A stretch of 63,629 bases of DNA, counting the filler, from Hausera hauseri (Eukaryota), in NCBI GenBank assembly GCA_046269625.1. It is 12 parts of 12 records of this genome, joined end to end, with 100 filler letters (N's around TTAATTAATTAA, not from the genome) between each part and the next. Parts side by side here need not be neighbours in the genome. Positions count along the whole stretch, not along the records: positions 1 to 5,319 come from JBJURY010281063.1; positions 5,420 to 9,971 come from JBJURY010531010.1; positions 10,072 to 14,117 come from JBJURY010795868.1; 9 more parts are not named here. One strand, written 5' to 3'. The position numbers and the translations under genes are program-made. Positions within the stretch are counted from its first letter, which is position 1, and each line of letters begins with the position of its first letter. The notes beneath the pieces were generated by a model. It ran no database searches. It was not told the origin of the DNA and worked only from the letters and a program-made list of their open reading frames with translations. Positions 1-12,830 of the stretch are shown in pieces.

Positions 1-307
1 CAAAGAAAAGTGGATACGGTATTCTTAATGTGCGGCCATCTGGTTGTTGGTCAAATGTGTTCCACCAAAGTAATCCACCAATGTCCAGAATGGAAATGTG
101 CTATAATGGAAATTGTACACATTTATTACGAATGACTTCTTCCATAACGGAATGAAACAGTGTCATGGTCTTTAATGACGTGGAGGTAATTTTAACTAGT
201 ATGTATCACTGTAATATAAGACAATACTCAGAAAGCAAAAAACGGGTATAAACAAATTTGATATAAATATGGATGTAGTTTCATTTCGTGTTTGTCTCCT
301 TTAAGAA

Positions 308-784
308 ATGTCCTTGGAAAATAATTCAACAGGTGACAGTTCCGCGAGTCTCTCAAAAAAGCCACGGTACAGTGAATCTTCGCTCAGAAATTCCAAGTTG
401 TATAATAGATACAACTTACATTATCTGCGCAATGCTATTCAATTGCCATTGACGCAAACGGTCAAAATCAAACCGGCGAAATATAGTCTATTGGTGAAAA
501 AGATCAGCGACGATGATTTGGATATAATGGAAGAAACAATTAGAAAAAGTGACAATGATTTGGTGTTTAGTAACGATATTCGAGATACATTGTCGATTTT
601 TCTCAAAAGAAATATGGCGAAAATTATCAATTCACATTGTGGAGAAACAGCAACAGCAGCAGCAAAAGCAGTTTTGACACCAGATGGAGCTAAAGGTTAT
701 AAAACATTGAAGTTGAAAGGATACAAGGATCTACACGGCGTTAAATCAACAATATGGAAACTGGGACAGTTTAAGCTGATTTGA
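308..784 (+). CDS. Hypothetical 158-aa basic protein, convergent with pPolB (probably Polinton-encoded)
   Basis: Intact ATG-to-stop ORF with a TATAAAT upstream (~262) and an ATTAATAA-type signal downstream. No recognisable motif. Confidence 0.4.
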   Translation: MSLENNSTGDSSASLSKKPRYSESSLRNSKLYNRYNLHYLRNAIQLPLTQTVKIKPAKYSLLVKKISDDDLDIMEETIRKSDNDLVFSNDIRDTLSIFLKRNMAKIINSHCGETATAAAKAVLTPDGAKGYKTLKLKGYKDLHGVKSTIWKLGQFKLI

Positions 785-1048
785 CTTACTTTGTTTTTGA
801 TTTCAAATTATGATTAATAAGTTTTATTGATTTTGTTTTTCATATTGTTTTTAATCACATTAAGTTAAATATACAGAATGTATACAGATAACTAAATGAT
901 AATAAAAATGCAAAAATAACGAACAATATACATTATTGCACAGGCGTAAAAAACACACACAGATCACGATTAATTGTCACAGCAAATGGACCACTTTGAT
1001 CTGTCTGTATCATCAGCACCGAATTTACGCGTGCGAGTTTGCGTGTTT

Positions 1049-4000
1049 TATTCCAAACACCAATGTCCGTACGTCCAACTTTTATTTTGCCCCACTCACT
1101 TGCGCTTATTATCATTGCAGGATAAAGCGACTTTTGTATTTATCACCGTATACAGCTGGTGCTCAATCGATCGTGTGATCGTTTGAGACACAACAACCTT
1201 TGACTGTCCTCCATCTCCTTCATAGATAGGGCGATAATCACCGTGGTTTATTTCCGTCTGGGCCAACTAAACTCCTTTGTCGTGCATTTTCGACTCACTG
1301 TAAGTTTAAAAGCATTAACATTTTGGCCGTAGAAATATCCATTCCCGATACTGAACCCGACCTTCACTTTCATCCTTGAAGCAGCCGATTTTGTTTGTGA
1401 TGGCGTTGCTGTAAAAGGATGGTTCTGTTGGTAATTGAACCTGTCCAGTATTCCGTCTTCTATTATTTGCCGCAGCAGTTGTTCGCGATTGACGTTTTAC
1501 CGTTCCAAGAAAAAACTCTGTCACCGGCAGTTATATTGATCCTGCATCCTTCGCCGCCAAGCATTTGTCGGTATCGTGCCAAATCGCTATACTGCAGCTC
1601 ATACATCCGTAACTTGCTCAGATCCAATACCACTTGTCCTATATAACTTGGCCGATGCAGTACGAATTCTTCCTTTTTTAAAAACACGGCAGCCAATCCA
1701 TAGGCAATGTGCATTGATTGCCTGAACTGCGTCTTGCTACTGTATGTGACTAATCGCTTTTCCCTATTGCACAGGCGTAAATTGAATCGCTTTTTCAGAT
1801 TCTCTACTGTTTTCCGTACAGAGATTTCTTTTTCAGTTTGTAGTAGTCTTTTTCAAACTTCGTACAAGCTGCAGCTTATGTTTCCGAATTTCGACTGATG
1901 TACGGCTTAAATATTGGAGCCTGTGCAAATCGGATTGCGCGATGCAGTTGTGTGACGCATGCACCCAATTGCATGTAAAATTGTAACAGACGCCAATAAA
2001 CTATATAATTTTGTTTAGGTTTATGCGTCATAAGCATCTTCTTTACCTTCGAGCCCGGTGGACATTGGCTGATTAGTGTGACCGGCACTTCATCCAGAAA
2101 GTCATGCAGCTCAACTGGCAGCACGAGATCGACTTCCATCAGGTACCCGATTGAGCTGTTTTCTGCCGTGTCTGCTCTCGGCAGATTTTCCAGTATTGTG
2201 TTTAGGTCCTGCTTGAGAAATGCCCATTCGAATGAACCGTACGGAAAGGGTTGCGAAAGCGTCCAACCGTACAGGTTATTGACGTCTATATGCAACGGTG
2301 ATATGGTATCGTTATTGTTTATGTGATGCTTGTTGACAAATGTCTTGCCGCCACGAATAACCACATCAAACGTTCCGTACATTTTCGGGTTTTGCAATAG
2401 CTCTATAGCCCGATCCCATGACATCAGAGCTGATGCCCAACTCATTTTGGGTATTGAATAAAAATTAAATGACTCCACTTTATCTTCTTTCAACGTTTAG
2501 CTCGAAATATCTGAAACACATCGGCTAACAGGTATACATCCAATTTTACATAATGAAGCATGTACGCCAACAGGTTTCTGCAGCCCATCTCTGCCCAAAA
2601 CGACTGTGCTCTGTGATATTCTTCTTCTGTGATACCGGGCCATTGCGGCGGTAATTCGTCTGTCGTCTGGAGCCGCTAGTACGATATCGCAAAGTCATAT
2701 GAGAAAAAACCTTTGCTACGCGCAATATGCACAGGGAACTGGGGCATTGTTAGCGGCACGTCTGGAAAAGCATTAACCAGCTTTGCCAGAGATTCATTGA
2801 GAAATTGCAATGAATCGAGGAAGCGCACCTAAAACCGGTTTATACGAGCAGATAGTGACAGGTATTTCTCTATCGTAGTCGGAATTATGGATAGTTCCCA
2901 GTGAGTAAATCCGTTTATTGCCTATTTCAAAATATGGTGACAATCATAACCCCGGAAGTTATGAAAAATCACCGGCAGGAATGGCCTCATACGCCTTGCC
3001 AAATTGCACGAATTGCATGATGCTCCAAGATATTGTTTGGTAAAATGGTCGTGATCCGGTACGAGCCGTTCCTGTGCATCAAACCGTAATATATTGTGGC
3101 ACAGGTAACATTCATCTGTGACTGCAAACGTCAGGCGTTCATCTTCATCTGTCCATATCAAAAGTATATTGCTATTTCTACTGCACCAGAGTGCGATACC
3201 CGTTTCTACTATTGTTTCCAGCTGCTGCAGGAAATCACGTACACAGTTCCATCCATGGAAAACATAATATTGAGGTTGACCTGCGGCTTTTATTGGCACA
3301 ACCAGCATATAAATGGTGATTGGAACATGTTCTTGGTCATATATGTTGTGCCGTGGTAAGATAGCTTCGATATCGGCATATACTCGTATGCCGGACTGTC
3401 TGTTTTTGACCAATCAGTGAACCTGAGTTCCTTTTAGACGGGCATGACATACATTTTGGCGTTTGAGTAATTTTTTCTGCACAGAGTCACATGTTTCTCC
3501 CATGTTGATTCTGATCTGAATCCATGCAGACATACGAAACACCATTTACAGTGTATCCGTTTTTTGAAGAAGTGGTCATGATCCATGTTCAGCAGTCTGT
3601 TCAGATTTGTCACTGCAACGTAATGGCATTTTTGTTTTTGCTCCAATAGCGACAAATTTATTGGGCGGTCATTTGGATCCCGACTACGATAGATTATATC
3701 CACATGAGGATTCTTATAGATTTCTTCAACTATCGGTATTTCAACTATTGTGATGTACTAGAAAACGTTGAATACCAGTATCGACTTACGCCGTTCCAAG
3801 CCCGGTATGACTTTTAGTTTCATCGGTATCCAGCTTTTATCCAAATCCAATTCGGAAAAATACTGCCGATACTGATTTAGACGATTAGCATGTTTTCTGA
3901 CCATTTTGTCATGTTTTAATACAGCCAGAATACTGTAAAGAAAACAGTATTCTTCGTTAATATTTTTTATATACACTACCGCCAGAGACTGCTTCATAGC

Positions 4001-4400
4001 TGCAGCTGTCGGTATGAATGATCGCCCGGATAAATATATTATGTCATTCGACTTTGTTAAGATAAAGCCGAGGGTGACAATTTTTATAATTTGCCATCCA
4101 TTACCCTTTTCCATGTAGTTGGCAATTTTCTCGAGCTTTTCGCGTACATCAGCAATAAAATCGTTGGAATACGGTTCGGCTCGTTGTGATAGGTACCATT
4201 GTTTCCTGTCCCCTTCCAAATTTTCAAATTCTAACAGGGAATAATTTTGCACTTTGCAGTTGTGTTGAAATTTTTCCACTTCTGATTCCAACCGGTGGCG
4301 CACATTTTGAGAAACATATCTCAATTGTGCTTTTATTGTTTTCGCCGACATGTTCACTTTTATGTCCACGTACTGTATGTTCAGATCGCACTTGACTGTA
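1049..4400 (-). pseudogene. Polinton/Maverick protein-primed family B DNA polymerase (pPolB), frameshifted, with vOTU-like and endonuclease VII-like domains
   Basis: Consecutive - strand ORF pieces give GRSFIPT..YCFLYSILA..HYVAV, VYADIEAIL (Exo I), CYLC..DHDHFTKQYLGASCNSCNL (EndoVII-like), PVIFHNFRGYDCH (Exo II), HIDVNNLYGW (motif A), SLYGKTVEN (motif B), IGQVVLDLSKLRMY, KIGCFKDE and the C-terminus KVALSCNDNKR..TYGH. Several stops and frameshifts. Confidence 0.92.
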
Positions 4401-5319
4401 ATATTGGTAATATTGGATTCCTGTTGCTCCTGTTTTTGTTTTTGTTGTTGCTGGTGCTGTTTCTGCTGCTGCTGCTAAGTACTGTTTTTGATTAAGTCGT
4501 CAAGACTTGTTGAGGCCTGACGTTTCCTACTGGTTGTTGAGGGGATGCTGCTGCTGCTGCTGCTGCTGATGTTTTTAGTTGAGTCCATAACTAGTTGTTT
4601 TTGTCGACCGCTTAAAGTGGTTCCAACCCTACTTACGCCATATAAAGCAGGTTGCTGATGATATGGAATTTTTATTCTGTAAGATTTTTTGCACATATGG
4701 AAAAATTACTGATTGTTATGCGTTGGCCGATAATCCACGTCAAGTACAATTTATGACCAATTTTGGCGGTGGTAGTAGTCAGACAGATTACATTCCTACG
4801 TGGAAGTCAGCAGATGAAATTGTCTTGAAGCAATATTGCAATATGATTAATTCCGATGGTCTCGATCATTCTTCTTCTTCAGAATTGGTTAATCCCTGTG
4901 GTTTGTGTAAGCCGATTAGACTCGAACGATTTAGTAGCAGTAGTAATTGTACAATACAGAAAGAATAAGTTTTATGTAAACTTTGTTTCTCATTACTCAG
5001 AACGATCATTATAATCAGGTGGTGGGAAAGGTGTTGTCCAAAACTAGGTCAAACAAAAAATGTTGTTATAGTCAGATAGATGGGAAAATGGTGTTTCCCA
5101 AAAACCAGGTCACAAAAATTTTTTCAAAAATTTGTTATTGTCATGTGGGTGGATAATAATAAAAAGAAATTTAATAAAATATTAAAATTAATAATGAAAT
5201 AGTAATATAAAAATTATTAAAAGAAAAAAAGTAACATTCACTGTGTGATCCATCATCGTTTGTCGCAAATTTTCGAAATGACGATAAATAAGTGCAATGG
5301 TATTTTATGTTAGTGTGTT

Positions 5320-5419
5320 NNNNNNNNNNNNNNNNNNNNNNNNNNNNNNNNNNNNNNNNNNNNTTAATTAATTAANNNNNNNNNNNNNNNNNNNNNNNNN
5401 NNNNNNNNNNNNNNNNNNN
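5320..5419. other. Artificial contig linker (N-TTAATTAATTAA-N). The same 100-nt linker is at 9972-10071, 14118-14217, 18487-18586, 22744-22843, 27188-27287, 31793-31892, 37846-37945, 43770-43869, 47814-47913 and 59397-59496
   Basis: Identical all-frame-stop 12-mer centred in N runs. Confidence 0.98.
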
Positions 5420-6393
5420 ACTCCATCCACTTCTACAGGATGCTCACCTACTGAAGCTTTATTTGGAGCTCCTGTCCGCTCATTATTTGAACTAACTGCC
5501 CTAGACGACACTCCCACAGATGAGACGATACGGGCGGCGCAAAATAACTTCGTCGAGGTCAATAAAGATTCGTTCTGCAGGATACTTCACAAAGACAAAA
5601 CATACTTACCAGAAGATTTATATACAGCTAAATTCGTATGGCTAAAGAATCAAGCTCCTTGCGGTTTCCAGCCACGGTACCTGGGACCCTATAAACTTAT
5701 ACAGCTACACTCGCATAACGCCATTATCTCCAAAGACGGCAAAGACTTTACAATACACATTACTAACCTAAAGCACTCTTTCTTTGTCGACAACGCCACA
5801 CCAACCGACACGTCAACTTCTTTTCTTACTCCTCCACTCCCTGCTATCACTACATCTATTGCTACACCACTTCCACTTTCCTCTTTCGCGCCTAGTCTTG
5901 TTTCATCATTTTCTACGCTTTCATCTTCTATATATACCACTCTTCCTATCGCTACCACTCCTTCTGTATCATCTTCCTCTTCCACTCTTTCACTCAACAC
6001 GATTCAAATCTCTACTCCAAACTTTTCCTCTCTTCCTTTATTCACCACTACACCTGTCATCACTCCTTCGACTTCTAACACTTTCTTCAATGCCTTTAAC
6101 CATTCGTCTTCAACAATCACTTTTCCTTCTTCACCTTCTTCTTTTTATTCTGATTCATCTTCGCATGATACAACACCTACACCAAAATCTACCAATTTTT
6201 CTTCAACCTCAATCTCTGCAGACAAACACATTGCATAAACATACAACACGCAGAGTCACATTTAGCCAGTATAGTAGGGAAAAATCAGTCGAAAGGTATT
6301 TAACACTAAGCTCAGCTAACACACTTTTCATTTTTCGGCTTTTTCCCTCTATCTTTTATTCTTTATAGTTCTAACTTTGCCACGGGGGGGTGA
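5420..6393 (+). mobile_element. Ty3/Gypsy family A: 3' end (integrase C-terminus, S/T/P-rich tail, polypurine tract)
   Basis: TPSTSTGCSPTEALFGAPVRSLFE..FQPRYLGPY (GPY/F), the tail RRVTFSQYSREK shared with copies at 28450-28520, 31380-31420 and 38600-38640, and the PPT CACGGGGGGGTGA immediately before TGTGG. Confidence 0.88.
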
Positions 6394-6508
6394 TGTGGTG
6401 CCGGCGTTGACCGTCGCCCTCCGGCCCATTCGGTTGGGCATGGTCGGGTCTTCCGCTGCAGGTGCGTCGGGCGCATAGGCAGGTCCCAATTTTCCGCCTC
6501 GAAAAAAA
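6394..6508 (+). repeat. GC-rich 5' head of a family A LTR
   Basis: Starts with TGT directly after the PPT. Homologous to 27487-27597, ~28225-28342 and ~31140-31250 (- strand). Confidence 0.8.
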
Positions 6509-6864
6509 TGTTCGTCAGTCTTTGGTTGTTGTGAAATCTCTTAGACATAACAAACCAAATCATTACGTGGTAACCTCAGGATCTCTTACACGTCGCCTTA
6601 TACAATTATATCGACGTCAAAAAAAGTAGTGCATCAAGTGAATTTTATGACAAATTCACAATTCGATTTCGTATTTCAATCATTTTTCGATCTCTCTGGC
6701 ATAAAGATACCCGATCAAAGTTCACTTACTTAACGAAATTGACAGCAACCTAGAGCAATTTGTTAAATTTATCAATCGAGCAATGAATAATAGGGTTTAC
6801 CTACTTGACGAATCGACCGACAAATATTAAATTTGTTTTAATAATCATACAAAATTTTGAAAAG

Positions 6865-7165
6865 ATGAGTTTTCAAGATCTTGGAGTAAATGAAGCACTA
6901 TGTGAAGCTATACAACGAGTAAAATGATCAAAATCAACTGAAATTCAAGCAAAAGCTATACCATACGTTCTCGCAGAACGGGATATTGTCGCTACTGCTA
7001 AAACAGGTTCCGGAAAAACAGATGCCTTTACAATTTCCATAATTCAGGCTCTCATGAATGAACGTAAATCGTTTTTTGGATTGGTTTTGATACCCACTCG
7101 CGAATTGGCATTACAGATTCAAAATGAATTTATGGCCTTAGGAAAAGATATTGGATTAATGTGCT
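6865..7165 (+). pseudogene. DDX47: DEAD-box RNA helicase DDX47/Rrp3-like N-terminal fragment
   Basis: MSFQDLGVNEALCEA..TEIQAKAIP (Q motif), AKTGSGKT (motif I), LVLIPTRELALQI (motif Ia). In-frame TGA at 6925, and truncated after motif Ia. Confidence 0.82.
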
Positions 7166-7299
7166 TTTACGTTTTATTGCGTATTTTAGTCGAATCATAT
7201 GACCATCAACGGATTATACTTCATGTATTTTCTGGAATATTTGAATGATAATAATCATCTCGAATTCGTCATTCCACAAAGTAACGAGGCAACTGTGAT

Positions 7300-7900
7300 T
7301 AAATATTTGTAAATACTTTAGATTTGTTCGTCACTTGTGGGAATTCAGCCATAAAGAAATCTTTAAGTGTCATGTATGTAGTAACAAGTTTGTTTCGTTG
7401 AGTAAACTTGGATATCATTACCAAAACCGCCATCGTTATTTTAATAAAGTTAATACAATTGGCGGTTTTGAAATGGAAAGTGATTTCTGTGATACAAAAA
7501 CAATGTCTGTTTTGGAGAGTCAATACCAACTTAATACCCGATCGTGTATCTTTTGTAAATACAAAACGGAAGGTCTGCATTATGAGACTACACCTATGAA
7601 ACTCTCATATGAATATATTATAAAATTACCGTGGAGAAACTGAAGTGGTGTTCAAAATACAGATGAAATTAAAAGACGAAACTATAGTATAGTTTTATCA
7701 GACTACCAGAAATATAGACGTAATCAGTTTCCAGTGTTGTTTTACTATCCAATTTATCCGTTGTGTCGGAGTCCTCTGAATGTTACAGAAATTGGCAAAA
7801 GCTGTTTACTCATATAGCCCATGACCATTGTAATGTAATTAATCCAAAGTCACGTAGTGATGAAAAATCAGCAATATGTAATCTATTATGAAACAATCGA
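7300..7900 (+). pseudogene. Cys/His-rich C2H2 zinc-finger-containing fragment
   Basis: FKCHVCSNKFVSLSKLGYHYQNRH is a C2H2 finger, with further CxxC pairs downstream. Interrupted by stops. Confidence 0.5.
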
Positions 7901-8334
7901 CACTGTAAATATGAATGCTATAAAAGCTATACGTTGTTTCAAACTGAAAAGGAAGGTACATCTGAACATTAGATAAAGAAGAAACGTGTGTGTATGTGTG
8001 ATTTGTTTAATTAAAATAAATCGTTGTACTGATTTATTGAATACAAGCAGACATTTTATTACGGATTTTGTTTTTCAAGATTTGCATTGTATCTATTTAG
8101 AGAAATTGTCTTTTCGTCAATTACGATTTTGGAAATCTTGAATTCGAGTTCGCCAGTTATCTTTTGTGTAGTTTCTAACTATTACGGTCGGATTTTCTTG
8201 CTTGGATAACATTTTAAACATTCAAATATACATCGGTCTAACTATAACAAACTGGTGTCAGAAATTTGTTTCCTTTTAAGTTTTTTCTCTGAATCATTAA
8301 ATCTCAATTTATCGGAATCAGGTACTAATTTCAA

Positions 8335-9765
8335 ATGGCCAACTGTCTAAAGATGGCGAATTTATTTGTTTAGAAGCAAAAATCACTAGATGTTGGAGAA
8401 GCGACCGTTATTTATCAAGTGCAGTTATCGCCATATGGCAGCACGATAACTTGGACAATATCGAAACGGTATCGAGAATTTTATCAACTCCATGATAAGT
8501 TATGTAAAATTGACTCAACAATCAAAGAAATCCCATTTCCAGCACAGACCATTCAGTTTTACGTCGAAAAAGTCGATAAATTATCGTCGACAGGAATTAG
8601 ACAATTATTTGAATATCATTCTGCAGAAATTTCCTTTGCCACCGACTTGTTTGGCACAATTTATTAATTGGCAACAATACGAAATTCACGGCATTACGAA
8701 TCAGTTGGCGAGGAAATTCTTTGCGAATTGTACGTCGACGAGAGCTTTTTTTTTATTTGTTTTTTTTCAGCTGACGTAATTTTGGGCCAGGGTTTTATGT
8801 TTGAATTTGATGTTCTCCAGATTAATGCAATTAATCAGCGATTACGATCACAGTCGCCTACAAATTGTTAGTTTGGATTTTTGATTATTATTAGCCAGTA
8901 TTTATGTGCACTAATTTGTTCAGTATTCGATGATCCATCCACTGATTTCACTCATGTCATGGATTTCATCAATCGTGTCTGTAGTGTCAAAGTCAGTGGG
9001 TCAACAACATTTGTAGGCACAAGTAATATCGTTATGAACAAACTAGAATTCGACATGTCACAATTCAACAATCTGGAATGTTTAGAGGTAATCATTCCGT
9101 GTGTGTGTGTGTGTGTGTGTATCCACTCATCATTTCTGATCACAGTTATCAAATGTCAATCTGAAAGAAATGCGCGGAATTAATCGTCTCAAGGAGAACA
9201 TCAAATTTCTCAAAGTTTCTCACGCACTCGACAACATTAAAAATCTCGCACTGGCCGATTTGTTGTCTGCTGGTAACGGCGATTGGGTATTTGGTAGAGA
9301 TCCAGTGCCAACAAGTAACTGGTCACAGATCGATACACTGGATTTGTCCAATAATTTCCTTCACGGCATTGATGCTAGCATGGTACACATTTGTTGCTTT
9401 GATCGATCATTTGTACGTATCGTTTAACAGATGCTATTCAAAAAAGTCAAATGTCTGAAACTGAACGGTAATCTACTCACGAGTATAGCCAATCTCGACA
9501 CACTTATATATCTGCAAAATGTCAATCTCAGCCAAAACAAATTAGGTCTAACGTACACCGCATCAGAAATCTCTCAAGGTCCGACATTCCGCGGCTGTCT
9601 GGGCAACATCACCGTACTTGACGTTTCCAGTAATCAGTTGGAAAGCACAAAGGTTCTTGAAGGTCTTTATTCGCTCGTGAAATTGACCATGTCAAACAAC
9701 GTCATTGTTGAGGTGGTTTTTTGTTAATTCTATTTGACTTTGGATTTAGATTTAATCGATTTTGT
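8335..9765 (+). pseudogene. NISCH: Nischarin-like PX domain + LRR gene, 5' part with tiny introns, frameshifted and truncated
   Basis: WTISKRYREFYQLHDKL (PX), YEIHGITNQLA, TDFTHVMDF..VKVSGS..VGTSNI..FDMSQF and LRRs (IDTLDLSNN, LGNITVLDVSSNQL, LYSLVKL) are colinear with nischarin. GT-AG introns at 8730-8770, 8867-8923, 9088-9145, 9383-9430 and 9713-9749. Confidence 0.88.
9099..9120. repeat. (GT)n microsatellite inside a NISCH intron
   Basis: Run of about 11 GT units. Confidence 0.9.
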
Positions 9766-10859
9766 CGAATGTTTGTTTGTTAAAATTGGTAATGAAAAAA
9801 GGTGATAAAATATGGAAATTACTGAAAGTCAAACCGCAAAACAGTTATAGAATTAGAAACCGCTATGATGTATCTTATTTGGATTATAATCTGGAAACAA
9901 GAACCGTCCTTTATGGGGAAAGGAGGACACTGGGCCAACCCCCCCCCGCCCAGGAGTGGAAATCAATATTCNNNNNNNNNNNNNNNNNNNNNNNNNNNNN
10001 NNNNNNNNNNNNNNNTTAATTAATTAANNNNNNNNNNNNNNNNNNNNNNNNNNNNNNNNNNNNNNNNNNNNTGAATGGAGTAAATAATTTCCACTACAGC
10101 ACTTTTACGACAATATGAAATGATGCAATTTACGGATTAACCATTTGATAAACAATATTTGAAAACAATTTCGACAAAATAACTTGGTCGAGCGAAAGAA
10201 TCTACATTATTTTCAACATCAAGATTTCAGTTCGGCGTCAGCTTTTCGTAAGATAATCCAGTCAATTCAATATAACATTTCGACATGAATACATGCTGAT
10301 TCGAGATGTCTTGACGAACGAAAATGTCATACGAATAGTAACTGTAAACATATTGTAATTATTTTAATTCTAAGTATTTTTTTAGTTTTCATTTGATATA
10401 TATAATCCATTAAATCCACGAAATTTGGATTAATTCACATTTAAATTATCAATGCCGCTTTTCTGATTAATATTAAAACCAAGAAATATAATTAAGATTA
10501 AATTACTCTTTTGATTATGTCTCATCACAATCACGATTACCCTACAAATAACGGCGAATTAATCGTATAAAAATTATCATAAAGACAGTTACATTCAACT
10601 TAAACACAGTTACACAACACGGATTATCTGACTTTTTACATAAGACTGCATTTTAAATAAAGAGTAAGCCGCTGTCAGTTTCAATTAATGTAGTTTCCAG
10701 TCTTTCTTCGAACCAAAATGTGGAGCTTTTTTTTCTCGACGTCAATGTTTCTCTGATATACTCGCCGTATCTCAGACCACCACAGACTGATGTCGTTGCT
10801 CCGGTATCCACTTTTATGTCTTCACACTCGGAGTATGGCAAGGATACTTTTTTAGTGTC

Positions 10860-12830
10860 CACCTTCGTGGTACTTGAATTTCTACTTCGATTTCATTATC
10901 GCTTATGTTCTGTAGCATAGGAAGCTGTGTTCTTGGAACCTATTGCCAATTTACAAAATAACAATAATCAACAACCTGAAGAGATTTGGAGTTTTTTGAC
11001 TTCAGTAGGTCCTGTAGTTTGTCTTGCACATTTAATTCGTCTGGCTGCACGTTCTCTGATCTCCTTTCTGTCATCAACTAGCATCGATATTCAAATATTT
11101 TCTGGGTAGCTGAGGAAAGTATTTCTCTGAATGCATTTATCTACTATCTGTCGGTCACTGTTAGGACGAAAACGGGAGAGCTGAATTATGCCCTACAGGT
11201 GCCTAGCACTAATCTAACACTGAGGTTGTAATTTTACCGAGAACCACACGGGGCATATACTAGTAGAACGTAATCAGTAAGTAACAAGTTTTTTGGAAGG
11301 TGACTCGACGAAGGATTCTATTTGCCTCTGTGAGCTAAAGTGAATTTATTAAAGGGCCTGGCACCTTTTTAGCTAGTCTTTCTGATACTTCTCCTTCTTT
11401 TAATGCCTTAACTATGTTGTAAAGATACAGCTGATTTTTGCTAACATCCATATTGGTGACATCCTGTAAAAGTGTCGACAAATTATTCTGTTCTGGTAGT
11501 TCGTTATGGGGCGTGCCATATGCAAATCCAACATTGTTATTACAAAATTTTTCGGACCTGTATTTACATTGGTTCCATCAGCGCCTATAGCCAGTACGTT
11601 TTTTAACGATAGTCCACAAATAGTCTACAATTGCATTCTTGGTAGATATAGACGATCCACTTAAAGGAGAAACGTGACTAAGTTAAACCGAATTAGGTTC
11701 TTCTTCTAACGTAAATTGTTCCTTCACAGAGACTCCTTTGCTATTAGTCGATTATGTACAAATAGTTTTGTCCTTTCTTCCGTCAAATAAAATTAATTCA
11801 GGACCTACTACAGCTAGTGTTGTCCTTGCTTATTCTGTTAATCTGGCTCGAAGCTGTTGCCTTTGTCGTTTCAACTTCGAGCGGTCAATAATAGCTGTTC
11901 TGTCATTTTCCTTTATAAATCCTGCAACATCAGATACGTCATACCGATCACATTCTCTGGCCACTGTGGGGCACTTAATCACATTTCTAGAAGATTCTAT
12001 GTCCGACTCCTTTAACTCTGACAACTCATTGCAATTACTGCCGTCTTTCTGATCTGAAACTTTCATCTCTAAATCACTTTCTGATTCTGTATCAATATCC
12101 CCTGAAGTTCCTGCTGTACTTTCATTTTTAACAAAAGACTCATTGTATTTCTGTCTCTTTGTTTCTCTCTCAGATTTTTTAGAAATTTCTTTATACAAAG
12201 AATCAATAACTATATTTCTTTCATTTCTTTGATCAGACAGGAATGGTCCTTCAAGTATAAGTACTTTGACAATTGCAATTGTTGAAATCAAAACAATGAC
12301 ACGCTGCAATGTCAAATAAACTAAGACCTTCCTGCAAAGCTAGCAATATACCAGCATCTTTTGCCTCACGTTTCCTTTTGAGCAGACATCTTAAATTCTA
12401 GTGAAGGGATTCTGTCTTCTACTTCACTCGATGTATTGTCACTGTTGGAATGCTTGTGTTATGTTTCGGTGGACCCTAAACAACTCATGAAATATAACAA
12501 TAATACTGCAATTTATAAATTGTTCTCGCTCAATCGCTTGTGTCTACAAATTTTTCGTGCTGGTTATGTGTGCGAAAACAAGTTAAGAAAAGGTTCTCGT
12601 ACTTAAAATTCCTCAGTCTACTCTATAACACTTGCTTTTATCCATACATCATTTACATTGTCTGCAACTTGAGCAACTATGTCGCTTGATTTCACGGTTT
12701 TAGGAAGTTGTGTGCCAACAAAAGAGTGACGCTGCATTACTTTCTGAATAGTTGGTAGTTTATGGGAATTTAGCTCGCATTCAATACCATAAACTGGACA
12801 AGTAACTTTTAATCGCGTAACAGTGGCCAT
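10860..12830 (-). mobile_element. Decayed hAT-like DDE DNA transposase
   Basis: ARECDRYDVSD..IIDRSK, LFDGRKDKT (~11770-11795), LAIGADGTNVNTG (~11557-11595), YMPVWFSVK and an IQRN..PENI-like segment. Many stops. Subfamily uncertain. Confidence 0.65.

Noticed and set aside
2922-4369. EndoVII-like and vOTU-like domains in pPolB as a novelty
   Set aside because: Already known components of some Polinton/adintovirus pPolBs.
5320-5419. TTAATTAATTAA recurring 11 times at 4-11 kb spacing
   Set aside because: Assembly linker centred in fixed-length N runs. It is not a biological repeat, CRISPR array or piggyBac TTAA site.
5689-6368. Leu/Phe/His-rich 'membrane' ORF and Glu-rich antisense ORFs (also 31577-31789 and 38709-38891)
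   Set aside because: Alternative-frame readings of the pyrimidine-rich Gypsy 3' tail.
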